Part shown: positions 38,471-46,738 of the stretch, one piece after another | Layout: each line of letters starts with the position of its first letter | Numbering within the stretch: the first letter of the stretch is position 1 | Virus record (IMG/VR): IMGVR_UViG_3300036985_001509 | Coordinates: 1-64,000 of that record | Reading direction: 5' to 3' (one strand) | Source: a virus | Length of the DNA: 64,000 nt | Position numbers and translations under genes: made by a program | The notes under the pieces: model-generated | The model's database searches: none | Seen by the model: only the letters and a program-made list of their open reading frames with translations | Told to the model about the DNA's origin: nothing

Positions 38471-39720
38471 TATAAATACTGTTTGAATATATTCGTCATC
38501 CCGTCTCTAACATCTATAAGGAACCCTGTCACCTCGCTCTTACTCACTGTGTATCCATTCTTGTCATCCCAAGAGCTCTTGGCTGATGAAAAGGCGGGAA
38601 GCTGATAGAACTTAATACCATTGAAATCTAAACTTAATTCATGGTGTTTGTCTCCTGTGAAAATGTAGAAGTTATCATGGCGTGACCACTCTTCTTTATA
38701 CTCCATGGGAAACAGATTAGCAAGCTTGGCAGGTTTGATAGCATCTCCGTGGTTAAACATCATAGCTGACTTTCCGTAGCTCAGATACTTTCTGTACTTA
38801 GGGGAGATGTCAAATATCACACGATGCTGATTTCTGTAGTAGGTTTGTAACCAACTGGCCAAGTGCCATCCTACATATTCATCGTGATTACCTGCTACAA
38901 ACACAACCTCTACTGTCTCACTGTGGTGGAGAAGTAGGTTGATAACACTTATCTCATGATCACAAATGGCTTCAAAAGCTTCATGATAGGATAGGATGTT
39001 CTGTTGCGGGGTTCCTTTTGTAGTTGAATTGGTGAACTCGCTATTAAACTCGTCCGAACCAATTATGTATTTTGTCTCTGAGAGATTGTTTGAGAGACCT
39101 GCCTGGATTAAGATGATTTCCACCTTTTGGATGAAATCACCGAATCTCTCATCAATATCATTGTTCCCATTAATGTCCAGCTTATTTAGGTGGGAGTCCT
39201 GTTTGTTGATAATCAAGCACCCTTCTCTTTTACCAGGCTCGTAGGTAGGAGCCATTATATCAGGAGAAGAAGGCTGGTAGTTCCCAAGGAAGGATATAAA
39301 GTTGTCCTGGAATAGCTGATCTTCTTTTTTCTTACCCAACCAGGCTTTTACCTGGTAGTGAGGTGTTTCAGCATTACCCCAGTAGTTTTGGACGTATTTA
39401 GTTATCTCCCACTTGTCCGTATCAATCTTGCACTTTTCAATTAACTCATCTAAACTCTTGATTTCTTCCTTACTATTGAAGACCACCTCACCAGTTCCTT
39501 TCTGCACATCCTCAAAGAATCTTACAATTTGATCCTCTAGTTCTCCAATATAGTTCCCAATCTCCGCATCATTCTCCGCAGTTTCTGCGTTTCTCAACTC
39601 TCTAATCAACGCATCCACCTCATCCTCTGTAGTGTTTAGTTTGTCTGCATAGAACTTTTTGCTCTTTTTCCAGTGGAGCATTTGCTCTAGCTGGTGCAGA
39701 AGAGATTGATTTTCAGGCAT
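38470..39720 (-). CDS. Calcineurin-like metallophosphoesterase with N-terminal HTH-like segment
   Basis: All five motifs present: QDSHLNK, GSDEFN, AGNHDE, FNHGD, GDKHH. Confidence 0.85.
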   Translation of the reverse strand: MPENQSLLHQLEQMLHWKKSKKFYADKLNTTEDEVDALIRELRNAETAENDAEIGNYIGELEDQIVRFFEDVQKGTGEVVFNSKEEIKSLDELIEKCKIDTDKWEITKYVQNYWGNAETPHYQVKAWLGKKKEDQLFQDNFISFLGNYQPSSPDIMAPTYEPGKREGCLIINKQDSHLNKLDINGNNDIDERFGDFIQKVEIILIQAGLSNNLSETKYIIGSDEFNSEFTNSTTKGTPQQNILSYHEAFEAICDHEISVINLLLHHSETVEVVFVAGNHDEYVGWHLASWLQTYYRNQHRVIFDISPKYRKYLSYGKSAMMFNHGDAIKPAKLANLFPMEYKEEWSRHDNFYIFTGDKHHELSLDFNGIKFYQLPAFSSAKSSWDDKNGYTVSKSEVTGFLIDVRDGMTNIFKQYL

Positions 39721-39748
39721 TTATAATTTTGTTTAATTAAAATTGCCC

Positions 39749-39780
39749 TAAAGGTACGATACTTTTTGATATTTTCCAAA
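39749..39780 (-). promoter_or_regulatory. Bacteroidota-type promoter (variant -7)
   Basis: Minus strand TTTG-N20-TACCTTTA upstream of the phosphoesterase ATG at 39720. Confidence 0.6.
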
Positions 39781-39828
39781 TTATTTTAACCACTCAGGTT
39801 AGCGTGAATAACCAAGTTGGTTATAAAT

Positions 39829-39860
39829 AAAAAACTCCCCAGGGTAGAAACCCCAGGGAG
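39829..39860 (-). terminator. Intrinsic terminator
   Basis: Minus strand CTCCCTGGGG-TTTCTA-CCCTGGGGAG followed by TTTTTT, downstream of the 529-aa gene. Confidence 0.65.
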
Positions 39861-39899
39861 AACGCCCTGAAAACCAACAAACAGGGAGTTTTTGATTAG

Positions 39900-41489
39900 T
39901 TACGGAGTCTCATCAACCGTTACCGTAATGCTATGATTGCTGTCTAGGAAGTAGTTCTTAACAGAATTCACAGATGTTGATATCGCAGAAGGTACAGTGA
40001 TTGTCTCACCAGAGCTGCCATCATTAGCAGTTCCTACAATTGTTATCGTGTATGCCTGTGCTAATACCAATTCACGTATTGTTACATTACAGTATCCAGC
40101 AATATTTGATTGAGTGATAGGACCAGCCTGACCACCGTTTATGATCACCTCAATAGGTGTGCCTGTTCCAGGCGAGTATAAACAGTTAGCCAAGTCTGCT
40201 GTGTAATCATTTGTTGTAGGATCTCCAGCTCCTCTTTGAATTATCATGTCACCATCTCCCAGTGTAGGAGAAGTTACCACTGTAAAGCAAGTGTTAGCAC
40301 TTAAGGTAGGAAGAGGCACAAATACTGTTTCACCAGGTATACAAGTGACAGGATCAAGAGGATTAGAAGAATAAGGGAAGTAGTCAATGAAGTATGCATA
40401 TTCTGTAGTTCCTCCTCCAATAGAATATGGAGTACCACCCACAGTAACAGAATAGCTATTCAGAGTGACACCCAACGGAGTTGTCAAACCTGCATCAGAG
40501 AAGAACGCAATCCATACAGATTTAGATTGAGAAGGTTCTGCTACAGGACCTCCATCACAAGTAACATTTGTTGTGGTATCTACCTCTCCTTGAGACCAGA
40601 ACAATGCTGCATAGGCATCTTCAGGGAAGCCACTGGTAATACAGAAAGCAACAGTGGTCGTGGTTGTAGTTGTAGGAGGAATGCCAGTAGTAGTTGTGGT
40701 AGTTGTTGTAGGAGGCTCAATAGTGGTTGTAGTAGTGGTAGTGGGTGATTCAATAGTTGTAGTGGTAGTTGTTGTAGGAGGTATTAATGTGGTTGTAGTT
40801 GTGGTAGTAGGTGGTACTAAAGTAGTTGTAGTAGTAGTGGTTGGAGGCTCAATAGTGGTTGTAGTTGTGGTGGTTGGGGGAATAAGAGTAGTTGTAGTAG
40901 TTGTAGTTGTGGGCGGTACAGCTGTTGTAGTTGTAGTTGTTGTAGGTGGTGTAGTGGTAGTTGTTGTTGTAGTTGTGGGACACGCGCCAAGAGTTGAAAG
41001 CGTTACACCAGGGATGGGTGGTACAACAACAGATCCTGTACAAGCACACACATAAATAGTGCTAGGTCCTGCGACACATGTTTGAATGTATATTCCTCCA
41101 CAAGCGTAGTAAACAATGTCAACACTTGAAACAGTGGAATTGGTTACAGAATAGAATGTACAAGAAGGACATGCTATTGTAGTGGTGGTAGTAGTAGTTG
41201 GAACTACAGTTGTGGTGGTGCTGGTTGTTGTTGGGCAACAGTTGTTCAGAGAAGCTTGAAGAATACTGATTTGTTGCTTCAACAAACATATTTGAGCATC
41301 AACCTTTTGAAACGCTACAGTTACTGTGTCACAGGTCTTGATTTGTGTACAAGGTAGATTGGGACCACTATAAGAAACGTTATTTGTTGGTATAGGAGAT
41401 GCATTACAAGGATCGCATCCACCATATCCACCACAGGGAGATGGAGGTGGGGTTGGTGTGCAGCACGGGTTTGGTGGTAGGAATATCAT
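39900..41489 (-). CDS. Thr-rich (mucin-like) virion fibre/decoration protein
   Basis: 529 aa; Cys-rich N-terminal module with VSYSGPNLPCTQIKTCD, a short coiled coil, about 12 poly-Thr runs and a beta-rich C-terminal region. Confidence 0.7.
   Translation of the reverse strand: MIFLPPNPCCTPTPPPSPCGGYGGCDPCNASPIPTNNVSYSGPNLPCTQIKTCDTVTVAFQKVDAQICLLKQQISILQASLNNCCPTTTSTTTTVVPTTTTTTTIACPSCTFYSVTNSTVSSVDIVYYACGGIYIQTCVAGPSTIYVCACTGSVVVPPIPGVTLSTLGACPTTTTTTTTTPPTTTTTTTAVPPTTTTTTTTLIPPTTTTTTTIEPPTTTTTTTLVPPTTTTTTTLIPPTTTTTTTIESPTTTTTTTIEPPTTTTTTTTGIPPTTTTTTTVAFCITSGFPEDAYAALFWSQGEVDTTTNVTCDGGPVAEPSQSKSVWIAFFSDAGLTTPLGVTLNSYSVTVGGTPYSIGGGTTEYAYFIDYFPYSSNPLDPVTCIPGETVFVPLPTLSANTCFTVVTSPTLGDGDMIIQRGAGDPTTNDYTADLANCLYSPGTGTPIEVIINGGQAGPITQSNIAGYCNVTIRELVLAQAYTITIVGTANDGSSGETITVPSAISTSVNSVKNYFLDSNHSITVTVDETP
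40656..40976 (-). repeat. Tandem (x)PP-T7-10 coding repeats
   Basis: About 10 PPTTTTTTT units encoded by mixed ACT/ACA/ACC codons. Confidence 0.9.
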
Positions 41490-41510
41490 TTTATATAACG
41501 AGTTTAACTA

Positions 41511-42626
41511 TTAAGGAATGTACATGATGTAATAGCATCCCAGACCAGGCTGGAAGTTAGGGTGGCTTAGTCCACCTCCTGCAGAAGCAACTGTAACAGT
41601 GGTTGCTACAGTGATGCCTGTTAGTGCTGTATCTACAACATCAACTCTTACCTTTCCATTTTCCCAGTCAAATGCATCAGAGCCACTAGTGCTAATGCCA
41701 GTTCCTCTTCCATCATTACCAGCGTATGTGTCTGGAATAAGACTATGTTGGTGACCAGGGTCTGTTGGGGTACTTACAGCAGTGGCAGGGTGCGTGTGGG
41801 AAGGAATCTGATTAGTAGTGAGGACTACAGAGTTAGTTCCTTGTGCTCCGAATAATGCATAAGCAGGGTTACCAAGAGCTGGATCAACAACAGGACTTAA
41901 AGCACCCCCACCCATACCAGATGTAACACCAACTGGTACACGTCCTCTTTTATCAGGAGTACCGTTGTTACCATTACAGAGGTAGATTTTATCCCAAAGA
42001 CCAAGTCCAGCACCTGTAGCGTCAAAGTTACCTGTTAAGCTACCATAGTATTCAACAACAGTGAAAGGCACCATTCTAGTATTGTAGTTGGTACCACCTC
42101 CACTGATTGATGCTAAATATGCAGCAATCAGTGTGTTTAGGTTTGCAAGCTGTACATAGTTGGTACTTACGTTCAAAGCAAGTGCGTCCAACTCAACCTC
42201 CAGACCGCAAATCTTAGTAATGGCTGCCTGAAGGATGGCATGTGTTCCAGAAGTGCTGGTTACACCAGTGAGACATCCAATTGTATAAGGTCCTTCTAGT
42301 GCAGCAAAGTCAGCCTCTAATTCTGTCAGACGTTCGTCTAATTCACAGATGGCTTTAATTAGAGCACTAATTACATTAGGAAGTGTAAGGTCTTCACAAG
42401 CGATTAAGTTTTTCTTTACAATATCGCAAATGATGGCAGGATTAATATCCAACGTAATACCTTCACCATTCAGTGTAGATGTAAGAAATCCAATCAATGC
42501 TTGCTCTACATATGAGAGCGAATCACCAGTCTTGATTCCCAAAATGGGAACATCAATCCCTGTATATCTTACACACTGATCAGATACTATCTCCGTACAT
42601 CCATTATAGCAGTTAGAACAAGACAT
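41511..42626 (-). CDS. Tail fibre protein with tail-collar domain
   Basis: WDKIYLCNGNNGTPDKRGRVPVG...LTTNQIPSHTH...HPNFQPGLGCYYIM is the tail-collar signature; Cys-rich N-terminus CSNCYNGC...CVRYTG. Confidence 0.8.
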   Translation of the reverse strand: MSCSNCYNGCTEIVSDQCVRYTGIDVPILGIKTGDSLSYVEQALIGFLTSTLNGEGITLDINPAIICDIVKKNLIACEDLTLPNVISALIKAICELDERLTELEADFAALEGPYTIGCLTGVTSTSGTHAILQAAITKICGLEVELDALALNVSTNYVQLANLNTLIAAYLASISGGGTNYNTRMVPFTVVEYYGSLTGNFDATGAGLGLWDKIYLCNGNNGTPDKRGRVPVGVTSGMGGGALSPVVDPALGNPAYALFGAQGTNSVVLTTNQIPSHTHPATAVSTPTDPGHQHSLIPDTYAGNDGRGTGISTSGSDAFDWENGKVRVDVVDTALTGITVATTVTVASAGGGLSHPNFQPGLGCYYIMYIP

Positions 42627-42893
42627 TTATCTAAATTTTAGAATTTTAACTCTGCTGGCAATCATGTTTACACTGAATGCAGCGTTATAATCGGGATTGC
42701 AATACTTATAAACAAGAATCCTCCTGTAGTTCAGAAGGTCCAACATTGTTCCACCAGGAACAGGTTGGTTCAAAATAAATACAACATTGTTGTATAAATT
42801 GTTAGCCAGGTCAGCTAGTCTGCAATCTATCTCAGCAATAAGTGCTGGGATACTAGCGCACTCTGGACAATTTGTAAGCCTGGGTGATAACAT
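42627..42893 (-). CDS. Small structural protein (possible tail hub subunit)
   Basis: 88 aa, tightly packed in the operon, with CPEC. Confidence 0.5.
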   Translation of the reverse strand: MLSPRLTNCPECASIPALIAEIDCRLADLANNLYNNVVFILNQPVPGGTMLDLLNYRRILVYKYCNPDYNAAFSVNMIASRVKILKFR

Positions 42894-43005
42894 TTGTTAT
42901 AATTTTTCGTCCTTGCTTAGTGGCTGCATTACACAACGCACAAAGACCATTAATCAATTGACATCCACACCCAACGTTAGCTCCGCAGTTTCTACATTTT
43001 GCCAT
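42853..43005 (-). CDS. 50-aa Cys-rich small protein (not in ORF track)
   Basis: Read by hand: MAKCRNCGANVGCGCQLINGLCALCNAATKQGRKIITNVITQAYKLSRVR*. The ATG lies 1 nt after the upstream stop and the ORF fills the gap in the operon. Confidence 0.7.
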   Translation of the reverse strand: MAKCRNCGANVGCGCQLINGLCALCNAATKQGRKIITNVITQAYKLSRVR

Positions 43006-43006
43006 A

Positions 43007-43570
43007 TTAATAGAAATTTATTACGTAGTTGTTCCCAGAGCAACCGCAGTTATTTCTGAGGAAGTTATCAAGCATCATGTCTGCCTGGTTATATAACCTC
43101 ATCGCATCCTGTGTAGCGCAGTTGTTAGCTGCTGCTATAGATCCTTGGATGAAGAAATATATGGAAGTGAGGTTCACCTTTGCTTGTGTTTTAATAGCTC
43201 TATCACATTCCATCATATCAAGCTTCATGAATGCGCCATCAAACTTTTCTTGTAATCTCTCAACACGCATAATTGACTTTTCTACAAAGTTTACATATGC
43301 AGGTGCCACTGAGTATTTTAGAAAATACACACCATCAGGAAGTGGTTGTTCCACTCCTGGTGCAGTGATACCCAAGTTTGAAGAGTTGAAAACATTAAAA
43401 TCGTTAACGCTGAAAGGTCTAAACACAATACCAAAACCAGGAACATTAATCTCAATAGTAGCTCCAGAAACAACAGGGGGGTTTGTAGGATAGACAGATG
43501 CATCAGCAACTCCCAACGTAAGTGTGTTGTACGTAGGAATCACTAGTATGTCTAGTTTCAAGTCTGCCAT
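43007..43570 (-). CDS. Structural protein (possible tail hub)
   Basis: 187 aa; LPDGVYFLKYSV beta region, then helical part ending NNCGC; follows the auxiliary capsid gene. Confidence 0.5.
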   Translation of the reverse strand: MADLKLDILVIPTYNTLTLGVADASVYPTNPPVVSGATIEINVPGFGIVFRPFSVNDFNVFNSSNLGITAPGVEQPLPDGVYFLKYSVAPAYVNFVEKSIMRVERLQEKFDGAFMKLDMMECDRAIKTQAKVNLTSIYFFIQGSIAAANNCATQDAMRLYNQADMMLDNFLRNNCGCSGNNYVINFY

Positions 43571-43578
43571 GTTGTTTT

Positions 43579-43628
43579 AAATAAATAAGCCAGAGGATCT
43601 GAGTTTGTATCCTCTCACCTCTGGCTTA
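43579..43628 (-). terminator. Hairpin/terminator after the 395-aa gene
   Basis: Perfect 11-bp inverted repeat TAAGCCAGAGG/CCTCTGGCTTA followed on the minus strand by TTTATTT. Confidence 0.6.
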
Positions 43629-43663
43629 GGTTAATATAATATTTCTATGTATCTACCCTACTA

Positions 43664-44851
43664 TTACGGAATCAAAGTTGATGTAGTAGTAGTAGAAGGC
43701 CATACAGTGGTGGTGGTAGATGTAGTGGTGATACAAGAGTTATCAGCAGTTACAGTACCCAAACCAGCCTCAAGAACAGCCTCAATGAGTCCACCAATCG
43801 GATTAGCAGAACCATTCGCTTGTGTTTGAGGAACAGCGATGATTACAGTGCTATCTTCATAGATGTAGTCACCCCACTGATACTCAGACTTGTTGTACTC
43901 GTTGAACTTGATGTAGTAGGTATCATAGGTAGTACCATCAGATACCCAGCTTTCAAAGTTCTCATTGTAGCCACCCATTCTGTAGAGGTGCTTCAAATAT
44001 CCAGCTTGGTAGCTGTAGAAGTTCTTCTCCAGTTGAGCGATTTCAGCAGATGTACCAACGGCATAAGAAGAACGCTGTTGGATAACTGGATCAGCTACAA
44101 TGTTACAATTGTCTGCTACGATGAAGTCAGCTGTGGTAGCGGGACCGCTATACACGAATGTACGGAACCACATTCTGTCATACTCGAAAGGGAATGCAGC
44201 AACATCACAAGGCTGACCATATTTGGTAAGAGGCTTACCAGTGATACGCAAGAGTGCGTCTTGGTTGTTACCAATTCTCTGGAACTGATAGAAGTCAGAG
44301 AAAGTGATGTTGTCAGGGTTGTTACCAGGAGCCTGATACAAGAAGTGAAGGATGATGTCATCGATCAAAGCAGGCACATCAACAGTAGTACAAGGATCTC
44401 CACCACAATCGCAACAAGGTGCGTTCACAGTGATAGAACGAGTGAAACCGTTGAAATACAGGGTATCCAAGTAGCTAGAGTGGGCACGGAGAGTGATGGT
44501 AACAATGTCACCACACTGTACGTTCCAGTTTCCTACGTCTGTAATCTGAGTTACAGGAGTAGGGCAACCTTGCACCTTGTACCACTCAGTTACGTTGCTG
44601 TTGCAACCAGATCCTGAAGGACAACCTTTAATCTTATCAGAACGCTTGGAGCCTTGCAGATAAGTGTTAGTACGGCCCTGCGCAACATAAAAATAGGGAG
44701 CAGCGGCAATATTGCCAGCTGTGGCAAGGGTGTAATCATTTCTGAAGATACCCACTTGGCCAGCGCTCAAGTTTTGCGTAGATCCAGAACTAGGGAGCGC
44801 AGTTTGCCCTACTGGTACTACGAAGAGCGTAGTTAATGAAAAATCAGCCAT
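43664..44851 (-). CDS. Probable auxiliary capsid protein
   Basis: 395 aa, beta-rich, three genes after the MCP and followed by a terminator-like hairpin; short Thr-rich tail. Confidence 0.55.
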   Translation of the reverse strand: MADFSLTTLFVVPVGQTALPSSGSTQNLSAGQVGIFRNDYTLATAGNIAAAPYFYVAQGRTNTYLQGSKRSDKIKGCPSGSGCNSNVTEWYKVQGCPTPVTQITDVGNWNVQCGDIVTITLRAHSSYLDTLYFNGFTRSITVNAPCCDCGGDPCTTVDVPALIDDIILHFLYQAPGNNPDNITFSDFYQFQRIGNNQDALLRITGKPLTKYGQPCDVAAFPFEYDRMWFRTFVYSGPATTADFIVADNCNIVADPVIQQRSSYAVGTSAEIAQLEKNFYSYQAGYLKHLYRMGGYNENFESWVSDGTTYDTYYIKFNEYNKSEYQWGDYIYEDSTVIIAVPQTQANGSANPIGGLIEAVLEAGLGTVTADNSCITTTSTTTTVWPSTTTTSTLIP

Positions 44852-44880
44852 TTTTCTTTATTTTAGGTGATTAAAAAAAT

Positions 44881-45612
44881 TTATTCGTTTGTTTGAATTC
44901 TGTATATCGAGTTCTGTACAGCAGGTTGATTCTCAGTGTACATTGCAAGATTCTGTACTGTTAAGTCTAATAGCTCATCCTCCAGATATAGTTCAAGTTC
45001 GCAGTCTTGATCAAATGATGGTTCTCCATCTAGCATGATGTATCCTGTCTTATTTATATACAAAGGATAACGCATGTAGGATATGTAAATCTTGCTCGGA
45101 GTGAAGGTACCATCAGTGAAGATGGATATTTCATCTGTCGAAAGGAAGTTGAAAGTCTCCTGATATTCAAAGGAAGGCCTGTAGTGATCGTTATTCAGGA
45201 TGAACTGTAGGTCACCGTGTTTAGCCAAGTCTCTGTTAATCCAGATCTTTCTATCCTTACACACCCCCTTGTCAGCCAGTATATAACTATCAATGTAGAA
45301 CATATACTTGGGAACAAGCAGGTGCAGATTAGCAAACCATTGATTTAGTTCAACGTTCTTGAGAGTGAGGTCAAGAGGTTGACTGTTATAGGTAACCACT
45401 AAGCTTTGGAGGTCCTCGTAACGCTTCTTAAAAGCATCAAGTCCCATCCCGCTCACTACACTAAAACCATCAACCTTTTGTTTTATCAGCTTAATCTGGG
45501 CTTCATTCAAAGCCAAGATCTTATCTTCTAAGTTTATCTGCTGGTGTATGTTGGTCGATAGTTTATTTAGTTTTTGGTCAATCTTATATAATAAACTATC
45601 TACTGGTATCAT
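44881..45612 (-). CDS. Tail ring protein
   Basis: KIDQKLNKLS...ILALNEAQIKLIKQK...KRYEDLQSLV...ISYMRYP...CELELYLEDELLDLTV, the crAss-like ring-protein pattern. Confidence 0.7.
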   Translation of the reverse strand: MIPVDSLLYKIDQKLNKLSTNIHQQINLEDKILALNEAQIKLIKQKVDGFSVVSGMGLDAFKKRYEDLQSLVVTYNSQPLDLTLKNVELNQWFANLHLLVPKYMFYIDSYILADKGVCKDRKIWINRDLAKHGDLQFILNNDHYRPSFEYQETFNFLSTDEISIFTDGTFTPSKIYISYMRYPLYINKTGYIMLDGEPSFDQDCELELYLEDELLDLTVQNLAMYTENQPAVQNSIYRIQTNE

Positions 45613-46577
45613 ACTGCAGCTAATTTCTTAGTTTTCAGCTTACCTTCAAGAGTCAGAAGCAAGTCCTGATTATCGTCGTCAGCAAGCAGTTTAATTAAAT
45701 CATCTTCGTCCTTAGCTACTTCAAATTCACCCTCATAAACCTTACCGTTAGGTCTGAGTCGGTATATGGAATGAGTGATTGCTTGTTTCACTAAGTCCTT
45801 GATATGGAGTAAGTTATCCCTCATATCTGCGAAGCGTGTGAACACTTCAACAGGATTTAACCCTTGATACTTACCGTTCTTAAACTCGGTTTGTTTGAGG
45901 ACATTGTCTACAAGGTTGTAAACTGCTTCCTCTTTAGTATCATCAGTTACAGGTAATCCCAACAAGCGAGCCACTTTTCTTTTTCTCTCAGGGGTCATAC
46001 TGTCAAACTTGACAATAGCCTTGTTGATGAGTTGCTTCTTCTTGAACATCACTGCGTTCTCAATATCCTCGTCAGCCACATAAAACTGTGTATCTGCAGG
46101 AAACTCACCACGCTCCCAAGCTTGATAAGAGCTTGCAATTGTGGGGTGAACACGCAACCAAGAGAAAGCTAATTCCTGAAGAGGAATAGAAAGATCGAAG
46201 AAGTTATCTCCATCCAACAACTTCACAGGTTGAACATGCAACGAGTCACTTGAGGATGTAGACAATCCATAGTTCCAGAAATTGGAACGAGGACCTAAGT
46301 CAACATCTCCTAACGCAGCCTGAAGTTTGTCTCTCAAAGCTGTCACACGCTCAGTCTCCATTTCTCTCTCAAGAGGATCAGAGATTCTGCGAATGTAGGC
46401 AGCTTCAGGATCAACTCCTGTGCGGTACTTACCATCAAGCTCTCTGTAAGGATACTTGAACACCCCTGTTCCAGGGATACGTGTCAGCCCTCTAAGAGAA
46501 AGACCACCTTGCATTGTTTGCAACTGAGAGTTGTTATACTCTTTCTTAATAGTTGAGATTTTACCTAACTTACCCAT
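45609..46577 (-). CDS. Conserved crAss-like protein downstream of MCP
   Basis: 322 aa; FDLSIPLQELAFSWLRVHPTIAS; position directly after the MCP gene. Confidence 0.55.
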   Translation of the reverse strand: MGKLGKISTIKKEYNNSQLQTMQGGLSLRGLTRIPGTGVFKYPYRELDGKYRTGVDPEAAYIRRISDPLEREMETERVTALRDKLQAALGDVDLGPRSNFWNYGLSTSSSDSLHVQPVKLLDGDNFFDLSIPLQELAFSWLRVHPTIASSYQAWERGEFPADTQFYVADEDIENAVMFKKKQLINKAIVKFDSMTPERKRKVARLLGLPVTDDTKEEAVYNLVDNVLKQTEFKNGKYQGLNPVEVFTRFADMRDNLLHIKDLVKQAITHSIYRLRPNGKVYEGEFEVAKDEDDLIKLLADDDNQDLLLTLEGKLKTKKLAAV

Positions 46578-46604
46578 ATGTAGTTTATTTATTTGGTTTA
46601 TTAG

Positions 46605-46733
46605 CAGAGATGTGAGGATCGAACCTCTGGCAAACGAGAGACACCTCGTTCCCCATCTCTGTAGTTTGAGAAGAGCTCCCCCACCCTGAAGTGGGGGGCA
46701 CTCTCTTCTCGGATATAGTGCAGCTAAGCTGCA
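46605..46733 (-). other. Structured intergenic RNA: two hairpins followed by a tRNA-like fold
   Basis: Minus strand TGCAGCTTAGCTGCA; GAGAAGAG..CCCCCAC-TTCAGG-GTGGGGG..CTCTTCTC; then CAGAGATG...AACGAG/CTCGTT...GAGG-TTCGAT-CCTC-A-CATCTCTG. Confidence 0.55.
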
Positions 46734-46738
46734 GCAGT

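Noticed and set aside
40654-41055. + strand poly-Val ORFs (also 31112..31294, 31418..31606, 31667..31855)
   Set aside because: Reverse complement of poly-Thr codons, not membrane proteins.
46605-46661. Calling the MCP-downstream element a true tRNA gene
   Set aside because: No D-arm, no 7-nt anticodon loop and a 6-nt T-loop; reported only as tRNA-like.
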